Part shown: positions 1 to 12,960 of the stretch, in pieces
Layout: the number at the start of each line of letters is the position of its first letter
How positions within the stretch are numbered: the first letter of the stretch is position 1
Assembly: GCA_047967505.1 (NCBI GenBank)
Contig: CM106538.1
Strand: one strand, 5' to 3'
Source of the DNA: Dipteris shenzhenensis
Taxonomy: Eukaryota
Length of the DNA stretch: 64,000 nt
Notes under the pieces: generated by a model
Seen by the model: only the letters and a program-made list of their open reading frames with translations
What the model was told of the DNA's origin: nothing
Database searches by the model: none
Translations under genes and position numbers: made by a program

Positions 1-1430
1 GAGAGGTAACCTCTTGGTAATCTCATGCTCCACCCAATGATGGTCTCTTGAGAGGGTGCATCCTACTACCTCTGGCTAAAGACGTCAGCCTATGCAAGTC
101 ATATATGAGAAGAAGTGCTTCTCCTCTACACTGTTTGACTACCCTACTCGTATGGGACAAAACCACACCCAAATCCCGCTGAATCTCACAAAGAGGCTGG
201 ACATCCCATTACCAAAGTTGTGACCACACTACCTTTTGCCTTGTCGAGAATAAATTGGATCAATAGTCCAATCCTTGCCCAAGAGGCCCACTACCCTAAT
301 CCTCTGCCACTTGAGTGAGTCCAAAACCTCATCAACCCCAAGGTCCCCCCTTTTCGTCTCAGGCTAAAGAAGGCGTCCAAGCCCCGCTTTATAAAGTCTA
401 TATCAGTAGGAGCCAAGGGACTACTACACAATTTTTAACCTGAGGGGCACATCCATCCTTAAAAATTGTCCATACTAGCCATGGGTTTTGAGACACTGTG
501 TAGTCCTTCCCATCATGCCTCTCAAGTAGTCATGTCAATCTCCCACCATCCTAGTGCCCGCCCCACTCAGATAAGAGAGTGCCTACCCTTGTGCCTTTAC
601 CTTTGCGAGAGGCATCTCCAAGGCCCAAAAGACCTAGCTGGGTCACTCTCCCACTGGCTCCAACTGATGTATGCCCACTACCTTAGTATGAGTCCCTCTT
701 GGTCCAAAACCTCTACATGCCATATGCCTCTTAAACTCCTCTAGCATGTTGGACTAGCCCAAATGCCTCCAAACAAACACCGCCAAAACCTGTGAAGGCT
801 CCTTGTTAGTGGGCCTATGAGGGGAGCCTCTAAAAACATCCACTTGTGGGAATACTGCCACAGACTTCCTGTACGTGGGGTGTTCTTGAGAAGCCCTCAC
901 TATAGCAAGAGCTTCTAGGGCTCAGAGCCTAGGGTAAGACCGTGTACCACTAGCTTGCCCAAAAGGGCCCTACTCTACATCTTAGGATGAATAATGCCTT
1001 CCTTGCGCGTGAGGTAGGATCATTGTCTGTCAAGCGACCTTGGCTCTACTCGTACCATCCAAACCTGCCGATAAAAAGCCACTAGGTGCTTGAGCTGATC
1101 CACACAACCTCCGTGACAATAGTAGCGGGATGATATAGCCCCACTATAGCCAAGAGGACCCACAAGACCCAGCCTACTAGAGAGAGTTTAGCTGAGCTCC
1201 AGTACACAAGCTTGTGCCTCACTCTCTCTAGCACTGGGACAATCTGCTGCCCTACTGAAATTTCAATGTCCACCCTTTTTTGGGTTGTAATAGTAGCTTG
1301 AGCCTCACACTCTCTAGCACTGGGACAATCTGCTGCCCTATTGAAATATCAATGCCCACTTGACAACCTAAATATCTCAATGTGTGCCCTTGCATAATCC
1401 ACGTAAAGCTACTATTACATCCCCAAAAAG
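1..1430 (-). mobile_element. Degenerate L1-like LINE ORF2 fragment (region downstream of the RT core)
   Basis: Minus-strand peptides FTWIMQGHTLRYLGCQVGIDISIGQQIVPVLE and RHKLVYWSSAKLSLVG match the plant L1 RT C-terminal YLG motif region and the copy at 52800-53000; many stops; ~58-bp internal duplication at ~1217-1273 and ~1303-1359. Confidence 0.7.
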
Positions 1431-3532
1431 GGAGGGGGGGGGGGGGGCCAAGAGAGGAGTTGCAAAAAATAGCAAGAGCCTCCAAAACATGTAAACACTA
1501 GAGAATGGAGTAAGAGAAAATTGCCCAAAACCACTGTTTACATCCCGAGACCTTAGGAACAACTTGCAACCAACAAGTGTCACAAGGAGAGGAGATGAAA
1601 AACATGTGCATAGGTTGGAACCAAGGTGGTGAGCTTGAACACAGCCTCCCAGGGCTAGCGATGGCAAAAATAGCTTCAAAAGGGTAGAACTAGCAGGCAA
1701 AGTAGAACACCAACAAGGAAAAGGATGGAGTAGCCATGCAGGGAAAAAGGAGGGGAATGGATCGATGGATGCAGTGGGCACATGGCTGCAGAGCAAAGGA
1801 GTAAGGAGGGATGCACGATGGAGGAGATGTAGGGAGACGATAGCTAGTGAGGAGGGAGCTCAAGTAGGGGCAATAGCTTCAACAGCTTGTAATTCTTTTC
1901 AATGACCTATAGCAACCAGGTAGATTAAGATAAACAATCAAGAGTTGGATGCCAATCCTCTTATGCAAATGGTGTAAGAGGATAGCAATCCTCTTATGGA
2001 AATGGTGTAAGAGGTCATAGCTCCTTCTGAATTCTTAGCATAACAATGTCTCTAAAGTGTTCTAAAGCATCTCAATTCATCTGTTTGGGATGACAATGTC
2101 TCCTGATCCATATTAGAGGCGGTTTCCATGAGCCCTAAAGTATTCTGAAAGGTCCTAATTTGCCACGTTCATGATATTCCATCTCACAGAGCCTTTGGGT
2201 GGCTTTCCAACGACCCCTAAAGTAACCTAGATTGTCACTTTAGGACAGTTTATCTCATTGACCCACAAAAGGTCTTTGGGTAAGACTGCCTATTGTTATG
2301 CTGTGCAAAACATACCATTGGAAATGTGTGAGAAATAGGGGGGATTGTGGGAAATAACACTCCATGCTCTACACCATTGATGTGATGCTTCTCTACTAAT
2401 GATGTAACATTTCTTTATAGCTCTCTCCCATTTCATTTGGATTCTTGTGTCATGCACCAAGGGAAAAATGTCCAAAATATGCTCTTCCAAGGGAGAAACA
2501 ACCCATGCGTGGTGCGATGGAGGTTGATCACATGCATTTGGAATAGAGGTAGGCTACTGAAAATCGGAGGTGGATGGAGGTAGCTAGATCAAATTAGAGG
2601 TAGGCTACTGAAATCAAAGGGCCGGCCCCCCCCTTTCCACCCCCTCCTCGTCCTTGCCCCCTACCCCTCTTCCGCGCCCCACCGTCCCTCCTCTACCCCA
2701 ACTCTCCATTCCACCTCCATGGTTTCCTACTCAGATGGGACATTTGCATGGATTTTGAAAAGATCTCTATGGTGGATCATGCACAGAGTGAGAGTTGTGA
2801 TCCTTTCTTGCTCTACGTAGAATTCAACTATCCCCTCTGACCCATCTCTATTTACTCTTTGTAGACTTGCATAATTCATCCTCTCGTTCTCTCCTTTGAC
2901 CCAACTTTGTTTGCCATGTAGCATGTGGCCTCTCACCCATCTTAGTCTGCTCTCCGTAGAGTTGTCGAATTCATCCTCTCCTACACTCTATAGGATTCAC
3001 CTCTCCCCTCTGAGCCATCTCTATTTGCTCCCTGTAGAGTTGCTCTGGGAGTATGTGGCCAGGCAACCCATTTCTATTTTGTTAGGAGTGGCTCTCCTAG
3101 AGACGCACTCAGGGCAAAGTTTTGTGACTATTCGTTGTTTTTAAAGGGATTTTTTGAAATTCCATGTGGCGTTCATCCGTTGCATTCTCCTATAATTGGC
3201 TTTATGGCTTACATGATTCTGAAAGACAGTGGTATTAGCGTGCATCTTCTGCGGAGTCCTTGCTCACAAGCTATGGCTCTGCCGATCCCTCTGGTATTCC
3301 TCACAATTACCCTTTCGAGCCCTCTCCTCCCCTCCCTCGCTCTTCCCTTCCTCGTCCCAAGCTCTCAAATGATTCTCTAGTTTCTGTCCCTTCCCCATCT
3401 CTTTGGCACTATAAGTCGTCAATGTTCGTACAATGTCTCTTGTGGCAGCTTTATCATCTCAGACTAAAAGAACAATGCAAATTTGTAGTTGTGCGAGCCT
3501 TACATACGTTTTCCTTTATTCCGCTGTCGCAG

Positions 3533-5432
3533 CTACAGTTGTATGGCAGTGTCGCACATGCATCTCAAACACCATAGATTCAAAGCATGAGAGTCCGAGA
3601 CAACATACTATTTGGGAAACCGTTGGACATGATGTGCTTCAGAAATACATTGCGCGCTTGTGCACTAGACGATGATATGAGAATTTTGAGCCACGGAGAC
3701 CTCAGAGAGGTTAGGGAGAGAGGAATCAGTTTGAGTGGCGGTCAGAAGTGGCTAATTCAGTTGGCCAGGGCGATAGACAATGACGTAGATATCTACCTCT
3801 TGGACGATCCACTTAGCGTAGTTGATGCACAAACAGTTTCTGTTCTTTTTTATGTACGAATTTCAGTGACTTCATGTGACTAGTCTTTACATATTGCATG
3901 CAGACCCAGCAAAATGATGTAGCTTCCATTTTACTAATGAAGCTCAATTCATTCGGGCATGATTATATCATGGAAGCAGACATTTGTTTTGGTCACGCAT
4001 CAAACATAAATTCTATCGTCAATGGACAGAATTTTGGTGAGTTGCTTTACCACGGTTCTGTCCGTTTCCATTCACGGACGTGTGAGTTTCTTTCAGGCTG
4101 GACGATTTCAAACCTGACAAGCTTTGGTAAGAGACATGGTCAAAAGCTTCAACTTGATTGATGAAGAAACACGGAAGAGATGGAACTCTCTCTTCAAGCA
4201 TCACGACCCAATACGCAATACTCAATTCGGTTTCATAATGCGTCGATGTATTTGGCTTGACACAAGTGATGCAAGATGGGAAAATCAAGCAGACAGGTGC
4301 ACACAATGATTTGCTGGTTTCTGGCCAAGCAATGTTTGAGCACTTGGACTCGGCACACAAAGAGGAGTTGCGCTCAGTGGTGGAGAATGGCGACGGTGCA
4401 GAGCTTGGAGTAACCGATCAGCTTGTTGGTAAAGGTATCGATTATGCACCTGGATTGACTGTCTCTCTTGCAATGCCCCGCTCACATCCCACATCAAGGT
4501 ATCATCCTCATGGCTTCCCTGTTCGTCATCAAGGTGGTCGAAAATCTGGCCCAGAGGCTTTGGTACTTTGGTGTGAGGATCTTAGGAGCCAAAGTGCAGT
4601 CTACCATGATGGCCACCATCTATCGCAAGGGGACGTCTATGTCTAGCCATGGCAGGTCCGAGCATAGCACAAGGGGCACCTATCGCCTCTGCAAATTTGC
4701 CTGGTTTCTGCATTGGAGCTGGCTGGTGCCTTTAACTATTTTGGCAGCACTGGTCATCCTCTTCGCAATCGTTGGCGTTGCTGTAATTCCTGTTGTGATC
4801 CTTGCTGTAGCAGTCATCCTTTGCCTTACATCGCTCATCATATCGATGCAACAATCTCAACAAAAATACATGCAAACTCAAAGATGAGAGACTGCGAGCG
4901 ACCAGTGAAATCCTCATGGTAATCAAAATCATCAAATTGCAAGTATGGGAGGAAAAGTTTCACGCTTTCCTCCAGCACAAGTGAGATGTCGAATTGAAGT
5001 GGCTCCCCGACACAATACATAAGCAAAATTACACCACGATTCTTTCCTGGATAATGCCCATTGTCTTCACTTGCTCTATTCTCGTGGCTTGACTCTTTCT
5101 CAACATCACACTTACCTCCACCATCAGTTTCACTGTACTGGTAACCTTTGGAACCATTCAGGATCCTATGCAATAATTGAAGCTCAAGTTTCGGTACACC
5201 GCTTTAAAAAGTTATTGCAGGACGTCCAGGAATTGGAGATGCAAGCATTCATTGAAAGGGGACCTAGTAAATATGTCTGTGAGCACACAATCGTTGTGCA
5301 AGGTGTCGTTATGAGTTGGAGTACAAACGTTTCAAGGCCCTCCCTCGGCGATCTCAATCTGGTGGTGAGACATGGAGGAAAATTTGGTGCCTGCGGAGCA
5401 ATTGAATCTGGGAAATCCACCCTTCTGGCGAG
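3533..5432 (+). pseudogene. ABCC/MRP-type ABC transporter pseudogene fragments: NBD1 C-terminal half, then TMD1 plus NBD1 start
   Basis: YGSVAHASQTP*IQS-VRDNILFG, ERGISLSGGQK, DIYLLDDPLSVVDA (3533-3853, bounded by cag|...|gt); VMQDGKIKQTG (~4266); QRLWYFGVRILG..IYRKG, ERLRATSEIL..IKIIKLQVWEEKF; GACGAIESGKSTLLA Walker A (~5387-5430); stops and frameshifts. Confidence 0.85.
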
Positions 5433-5826
5433 GTGCTCAAGCTAGCCCCGCTTGACTGCATCGAAGGAATAAATCACGAGTACAGTCCCGGGGGGTGGCA
5501 CCTCCTATGCAATTGAACCTGTCGGAGAGCGCCAGAATGTCTCTCTTTAGCACTCTGCCTCCCCCCAAAAGCCTTGGGTCTGTTGGCCCTGCCAAAGTTC
5601 TACCCACTCTTTCAGGCTCCAAGCGAGTGGTCAAGTCAGGCCTCCCATGAACAAGGCCCTTGTAGAAGGTCCCGAGGATGATGATGAAGCTAAGAGTAAA
5701 AGAAGGCCAGCGGAGAACGTGATTGTGCAGCGAGGAAGATGATTGATACCTAAGAGCTCGGCCACATTCATCCCCATTTCGGAGGTTTGAGGAGGTAAAA
5801 TGGGAAAATTGCAGGCCATATGCTAA

Positions 5827-6217
5827 GGGCCTTAGCACATGGATGGGGCTAGCATGGGTTTAGGATAGGAATCTTTTTGTCATCGTTACTCCCATCCTAC
5901 GCCAAGTGGTCTAGGATGGATTTAGAATGGGAGTAGCCACTTTTTCTCCCATCCTAGACCATGGCCTCTAGACCCTGGCAGCTAGAATGGGTTCCTCTTT
6001 TCTAGGGATTCAAAAACATGGAAGGATGACATGTGTCCTTGTCCTCACGTGGTCCCCACCTCTTAAACACATGAAATGATGGCATGTGTCCTCTTTCTCC
6101 TAAACCCATCCCTAGTTCTTTTTTTGTTAGTACATGATGGGATAGGAATAGGATAGAAATATGCATGGGACCACCTTTTCCCATTCCCATCCTATTTCTT
6201 CCCATGTGCTAAGCCCC
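5827..6217. mobile_element. Tourist/PIF-Harbinger-like MITE (391 bp)
   Basis: 16-bp TIRs gggccttagcacatgg (5827-5842) and ccatgtgctaagcccc (6202-6217, 1 mismatch), flanked by TAA at 5824-5826 and 6218-6220; non-coding. Confidence 0.75.
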
Positions 6218-7779
6218 TAAGGTAGGATGGGCAACTGGATCCACAATTAATGGTGGTCTGTCATGCGGAATGGAGATAGCAGAGGTGAGTGTCATGCTTT
6301 ATGATTGCCTTGAACTCCACCCCATTGCAAAATGGAGGTATGGAGGTATAACAGAGGTGCCATAGACATGAGAGTTGAGGCTTACAAATTCCTCCCAATT
6401 TGCATCGAGTATTCTTTGTGAAAGTTCAATGTTTGAGGTTTGGGCTCTACTCTTCAAAAATTCAAACGTCCTAGGCTATATCTCTGAGTGGACAACATGC
6501 CGAGGTCGCATTCTGTTAGCTACGAGAGAGCTCACAGTATTGATATTGCTCTCGTGTCTTACAATGACTTCGCCCATGTTGTTGTCTGCATTTTCAGTTG
6601 GTCTGGATGACATGAACTTCTAGCAATGTCTTCTTAAACCTAGCTATGGCGAAGGTTCTCGCTAGGAGTTCTAGGCCTTACACAGATCTAACAATGCGTG
6701 TTCGAGCTCACATAAACAAAAATTTGCCTCGCCCTCAACAGCTTGGAACTTGGAAGGCATCTAAATTTTGACTGAAGCTTGGAAGGCACGTAGCAAGGAG
6801 AGAATGTGTGGAGAAGTGATTGAGTCTCACCAGCTTCTCGAACCCTTTCATGAAGTTATCCAGCATCGTGTCCTTGTATGTTATCTTTGTTTGCACAAAT
6901 AGTAGTTCCCCGAATCTAAATTACCTTCAGTTTGAGTTGTATAATTGGAGTTATATCACTGGTGCAGCTGGAGTGACGTGTGCGTGATCAAGAGTTTTTT
7001 CATCAACCTTCGATGGAGTTTCGGATTTCCCATCAATCATTCAAATAGCGATGACCCATGCACCTAGCTTCCAGCTTGTATTGATTAAACTAGAGAGATA
7101 CGACGATCCGAAGATCCCATTGCATGGCCAACCTTTTATAGTGTATGCTGAGTTGTGCGCTGCACAATACAAATAGAAAAAGCTCTCGAGAGCATCGTAA
7201 TACAAGACCAACAAATGATCAAAAACTGTGTCTTGTAACCTCTTAAAGAGACGCGCACATGGCGAAGACTGCAATTGTCCCACTTATGTAGAATTCTCTT
7301 CGACTTAAAAGTCCTAGTAGTCCTAATAGGTGGTCTCCATTTAAACAAGGGCCAAGCTGTTGGAAGTATTTTTTGAGCTCCAATAGCAAGTCAAATGTGC
7401 AATTCATTCTATCGCCCATATTATGGAAGTTGATAATGTGTTGCATCATGATACATCATCTCTGTGGTTGCTTCTTGAGGCAATAGTGACCCTAGCAATA
7501 CTCTCAGTCATCTCTCTAGAATCAAATGGAAGTAGTAGTCGATCGCGAAGGCCCAAAAAAACAAAAAGGTTGGTCGCGAAGGTATTGCAGTTTCCTTTGA
7601 AGTTGGTCGTGAAGGCATTGCAACTTCCTTTGTACCTCCAGCCAGTATCTCGGTGAGTCTCTCTTTCAGTGATATGAATTTTTCATTTGCAACGTATCTT
7701 TTGCTCTTTTGTCAAAAAGGGCTTTTTGCACGTAGTTGGGGATGAGTTTGCTATTGAAGCTGTTGGCTAGGACAAAAAA

Positions 7780-8125
7780 ATTTTCTATCCAAAAAGTCGT
7801 TTGCCAAAAAAGCCGGTTTGCCTTAAGAAAAAAAAGCCGTTTGCTAGAAAAGCCGGATCGCTTGAAAAAAAGCCGGTTTGCCTGTTGAAAGGGCTTTATG
7901 CCTACCGGTGAAAAGATTATCGTTTGCCAGAAAAGCCGGTCTGCCTTTAAAAAAAACCTATTTTCCAAGTGGCTATTCCTTTTTTGCCAAATAAAAAAAA
8001 GCTGAATTACTTTTTTGCTAAAAACTTTTGTTTGCTTGTTGAAAGAGCTTTATGCCCACCAAACGGGCTTTATACCTGCCAAACAAGCTTCATGTCTGTT
8101 GGTGAAAAGATTATCGTTTACAAGA
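7780..8125. repeat. Cluster of short A-rich repeats (aaaaagccggtttgcc-like), possibly subterminal repeats of a DNA transposon
   Basis: Motif aaaagccgg recurs at ~7808, 7832, 7848, 7868, 7931; ggtgaaaagattatcgttt occurs twice (~7907, 8101). Confidence 0.5.
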
Positions 8126-8929
8126 TTTATTTAAAGAAATAAAAAAAAGGGAAAAGTTACCATCAAAACTTCGCATGGAACTACTGGCCTACGAGATATC
8201 ATTCATAAAACCTTCATTATTTTGGTTATTTTCTTTTATTTTTCTAAACTATGCAGGGCTTTTAGAAGGGCAACAAAGTGATCCATTTAAAACTGCAAAG
8301 GTGACCCATTGAAAGTTTTTTAAAAATAAATTTAAAGAGGCTTTGTTTGGTTTGACACCAAACTTTTACAATGACCGACCTTGAAATGGTCATGGCGTAC
8401 TTCTAACTAAATCCAAAGCAAATAATGTTTATACTGGTAATATACTATACTGAAGCATGTAGCCTCCAAAGTTTCATAGAACAAATCGCACGTGTGTTCT
8501 ATCCAACTTTTGTGCTAAGTAATATGCTAGAAACTTCTCAAAAGCAACTGCAACTAAAAAATCTCATGGAAGAAAATCATATGCAATTAGTGAACAAAAC
8601 CTCAACAATAATTTATGGGTCTCAAATCGACCACAGTTGAATAAACACATCTTTGATGAGCCAAAAAAGCTATTTTACAAAACTATATACAGTCGAAAAA
8701 GCTACTTCTGCTAGTTATCTCGCAAACTTACATATCGATAATGTGCAGTGGCTATCTTGTCCAACCCACTGTTCCTTCCATCCTAGGTATTAGCTATTGT
8801 TTATTCTCATTCTTTGCATATTGTTTGTCATTCTTTTTACTGAGAAAGCTTCTTCTTCTACCTTCATCCATTTTTAACATTCTATTTTGAATGTATTTTT
8901 TCATGCTTGCGGGAAGCGAAAGAAACCTA

Positions 8930-9200
8930 TATGACTAGCATGTGCACGATATTGATTTCTCAAATTGCAATACGAATACGACTATTGATGTTCAAGTAAT
9001 ATGCTAGTGTCCTATCTATATGCAAGACTTTTTTGCAATACTATTCGACTCTAATATTCTTGATGTTGCTTCAATATGAATTCTTACAACATTTCTCTCT
9101 TTCGATGCATGTTCTTGACATGAGGTAAGATTTGAAATCAGTAGTAGAGATAGCCAAGTTGGTGTAAGATCTAAGGATGACATTTCATATGGTTGTAGTC
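8930..9200. repeat. Unclassified dispersed repeat, inverted homolog of 37200-37620
   Basis: gagatagccaagttggtgtaagatc (~9147) matches the reverse complement of gatcttgcatccgacttggctatctc (~37232); gatattgatttctcaaattgcaatac (~8948) matches the reverse complement of ~37576-37601. Confidence 0.6.
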
Positions 9201-9989
9201 CATGGCACAAGATTATTTAAGCCCATGGACAAGTTATGAGCTTTTGTGAGCATAGCCTTATTCATGTATTTGTTCGGCTTCAATTCCCAAAAGGCGCAAA
9301 TCTTTGTACATCACCAAGGAACACCCTCGACATTTGCAGGGAGGATTGAGTCCTGATGGACCTTGTGTCGTGTCTCATGTTCTTTTTTTTAAAAAATTCT
9401 TTTTTTTTTCCCTTTAGGAAAATTTGATTAAACGCTAGGATCCAAGTTCTATTTTAAGTTAGAAGTTATGTGCTCCATGAAAGAAAAAAGGAACTTGAAA
9501 GTATAGTGAGTGAGCGACGAATGAATTAATAAAGACACAGAGGCCATTGTCAGTGACGATGATAAGTGGGTCTCTGAGGGTTAAGTAGAGGCGAACCGCT
9601 TTGAAGTCACCTTCAGTTTTTTCTACTAAGTGGATGCGAAAATCGTCCTTAAATTTCTTTTGGAAGGAGCCTTAATCCAACAGAGCCTCATGAGCCTCAT
9701 AAGGAGTGGCGCGGCTTTTGTGGATAAATGCACCCTTGTTGATCCTCTCCTACTGTTTTGGAGAATTCAAGTGTCCCCTCCTACCCATCCGAGAGTAGAG
9801 AATTCAAGTGTCACCCCTTACCCATCTCATGTAAATTTGGTCTAGAAGCCTAATCCAGGCAGAATGTGTCTGCTCTTTGTAGAGTGGCAGAATTCATCCT
9901 CAGGTGCTCTCTTGCAGAATGTAAGTGTTCCAGCCCACCTTATTTCCCCTTTTGGCCCCTCCATGACATGAGAGAAGCAAATTTGTTAA

Positions 9990-10293
9990 CTTTAATAAAC
10001 AGACCTCTCTACTGTGTCGAGACCGGCTTTTGGTCAAATCTTTGCCAATCCTCCGACTGCTCCCCATCGACCATCACGCAGGCCGTACCTTCGTCCTCTG
10101 CCTCGTCGAAGCCTAACATCACCCTGCTTCCGGCTCAACGGCGGTACCCTTCATTTTCCTTTTGCTCTTCTCCAACTTTTCCGCGATTGCGCAGCGCTCT
10201 GTTCTGAAACTCGCGCTAGAGTGATGGCTTGCTATGATCGCGTCGCGCATTGGACTCTAACTTGTGCGAAAGCGATGTCTCGATGCGTACTGG
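9990..10293 (+). promoter_or_regulatory. Candidate promoter / non-coding first exon of the NPG-like gene
   Basis: Locally CpG-rich and pyrimidine-rich island in otherwise CpG-poor DNA; possible donor ctgg|gtatgc at 10294; the first coding exon starts with an acceptor (tgtag|27106), so an upstream exon is expected. Linkage not demonstrated. Confidence 0.3.
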
Positions 10294-10999
10294 GTATGCG
10301 AGGAAAAAAGGGGCGCGGATCTGTGTGGCTACGTCTGGTTCATAGTGGGAGAGACAAAGGAATGTAAATGCCGAGACACCCAACAGTATTCAATCGCTGA
10401 GTAGAGGGGAAGCTGAAAGTTTTTTTTTGTTTTCGTTGGGCTAGAGTAGCGATGTAAACACTGACGAATCTGGCTTGGCTCTAGAGCTCGGTGGAGCTCA
10501 ATTCAAAGTCCTTCAAATGCAAGGTTGTGAGAAATGCAGACTAGGAAAAAGTCTACCAGGCTTTGATGTGCAGAATAGAAAATGAGACGAAACTGATGGT
10601 ACACAGGCAGAGAAAACAGGAAAAACAGCGATTTGCAAGAAAACAGTGAACAGCCCAAGCCAGGTGATAAAGGAAAGGAGGTTACCTTCTACTCATGGTT
10701 GAGTGTACTTGGATTTGATGGAGGCCTAAGGGAACTTCTCGACAAGCACCGAGGGTATCAGGTGCTTAGTCTTGGCATGAAACACATGACATTGGTCACA
10801 AAACTTAGCTTCCCTTTCTGTCTGTGGTATCCCAATTTGTCAGACCATGTTGTCCTTTGGCTGCTGTGGTCCCTTGTGCATCTACGTATTGTGGACCTAG
10901 CTAGCTGCTCAGAACTCGAAACTTAACTATTCCCCCTGCCTAGCCTATACATACGTATAGCTATATGCTGCACGGCAGGAATTGATGATCGAAAGTTTG

Positions 11000-12500
11000 T
11001 TTCCATCTTCTCAACAAGTGGAGCATGGTCGCACACAAGCCATTCCATCATGGAATGAGACAACCTTGAACAAATCTCATCCATGGCAAAGCCTTCCCAC
11101 TAGACACGAGATCGATGCTTGACGCAGTATTCTGCAATCTCCCTTTTATTGGTGTAAGAGATGAGCATTAATATGCTTTTCATGGAGTCAATGATGTGAC
11201 CCACGATGGATGACGTGCCATTACCCATGAGCTGCTGTCTAAAACCCATGACATGCAAGATAATCGTGATGGTACGTTGGCATACAACCATCCGCAAAAG
11301 GGATGCTCACTCCTGATCATTGTCCTGGAGTAAAATAAAGAAATAACTTCAATGTCTTGCATAGGAACTTATAAACTTACTTCAAATGTTTCTGCATAGA
11401 TTATGACTCACAACCGTACCTCATCGAGTTTGGCCTCATAATCGCTGTCTCTAGATCACAGTAAGTTTCATCCTGCATATTTGCTAGATTCATAATCCTC
11501 CATTTCCAGCAAACTCGTGATTTGTATTGGAATAAAAAACCATGCCATGACACAATGATATATTGATGCAAGACATTGAATTGGATAATGAAAGACACCA
11601 TTCAAAGCGTTACCAAAAGAGCATATCAATAGCCGGCACTGTTGCAGCCAGTTCTTCACCCCCTATTCCCAATCGGCTGTGCTTTCAGCTCAGCAAGAGC
11701 TTCGGCTAAAACCTGCAAGATCAATATGCTGATTTTTTTAATTCTCTAGAGAAAGCTCATGGAGGAGAAAAGCAGCTCTAATAGCAGGTGCAGCAAACAA
11801 ATGGAAGTGAGGCAGCTCATGGAGCAGGAGCAGGTGCTGCAAGCCTATGGAAGGGAGTCTGCAACAGATTTCACAATTCAGCCAGTACAGATCTCTCATG
11901 GGCTTGATGATATGCAGAGCGGAAGGTTGTCCAACAGCACATCATTTCCAATTGTTGGCTTCAAAAAGTGGCTTTGGAAGCGATACATGATGTTCCATTA
12001 TGGCTGTTTTCTTCATTTCCTCAAGTGTCAAAATCTGAGATGCTTGCTCAACTTTTCTGGATTATTGTTTCTTGGTTAATGCTCCCATTCCCTGCATGCT
12101 TGTTCCTCACGATCATAGCTGTGAACCATATTTTGATCATTAAAATCGACATTGAATCAATCATTGTGTCTCATCTGAGAAAATGCATACCTATCTACTA
12201 TCCATTGAGCTACGTCAATTGGAGCTGCTCTATCGGGAAACTTCTCTTGATTCCACCAATATGATGGCCACAACAAACTATAGCACGTGCACAGTATGCA
12301 CCTCCAATTTGCAACGTGTGTTGTCTCTGTGTGTACCTGCAGCGGCAAATGGCCCTTGTCGATCTCACACGTTTGACAATATTTGCCTTTTCCTTTGTTT
12401 AGGAGTTTGGCTTAGTGCTGGCCTAAGCAGCGTCCAGTGGAAACCTGCCTTTGCCTCAACAGTCGCTTGCTATGGTCCAATGGAAAGGCAATGCAAAATT
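11000..12500 (-). pseudogene. Heavily decayed PPR (PLS-class)-like remnant
   Basis: Minus-strand peptides MIDSMSILMIKIWFTAMIVRNKHAGNG and LSLSNSMSCINI/IIVSWHG resemble the PPR FDSM..DVVSWTAMI.GY...G pattern; many stops and frameshifts. Confidence 0.35.
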
Positions 12501-12532
12501 AACATACGGTCATATCTTAGGTCCAATACTTT

Positions 12533-12960
12533 TGTTGGACGCTGATGATGTCAGTGGGATGTCATAGTAGCTAGTCCCTATTATTCGTGATGTAGTTTAT
12601 GGTTTTCAACCTTATGAGTGACTATCATGAGATTGAGATTGCACTATGTGCTGTTTTTTAAGAGGATGAGTTTGGGCATGTTCCTAGATTCATCTAGATA
12701 TATGCTTTTGCCGTATTAGCAGACATGTAAATTTCACCTTGTGAAGTTTTCGTCCATATTGCGAGAAATTCTTTCTATCTGAACTGGTGTGTCGCAACTT
12801 GCCCCATCAGCTAGACAATCGAAGCATTTTTTGGCTTGGATGCTCGTTTGGGAGAGACTAAAATGAAATCATATAGTCTTCAAAAGCAATTGTAGTTTGA
12901 ATGAAGAGCATGTGGACTACGTTTTGATTAGCCTTCTCCGTCAGTGCTAGCCTTTGTCAT
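12533..12960 (+). repeat. Hairpin-rich ~545-nt repeat family, copy A (partial; covers the unit junction)
   Basis: gctgatga...gggatgtcatagtagctagtcc...ctagattcatctagatata...gagactaaaatgaaatc...ttttgattagcc, colinear with 38205-38600. Confidence 0.9.

Noticed and set aside
6300-7660. Possible decayed gene on the minus strand
   Set aside because: Short broken ORFs with no motif I can recognise
7780-8125. CRISPR-like array
   Set aside because: Eukaryotic context; repeats are degenerate and irregularly spaced, with no unique spacers or cas genes
12541-12620. C/D-box snoRNA (TGATGA box C) in the hairpin repeat
   Set aside because: No conserved CTGA box D with a terminal stem at a suitable distance was seen
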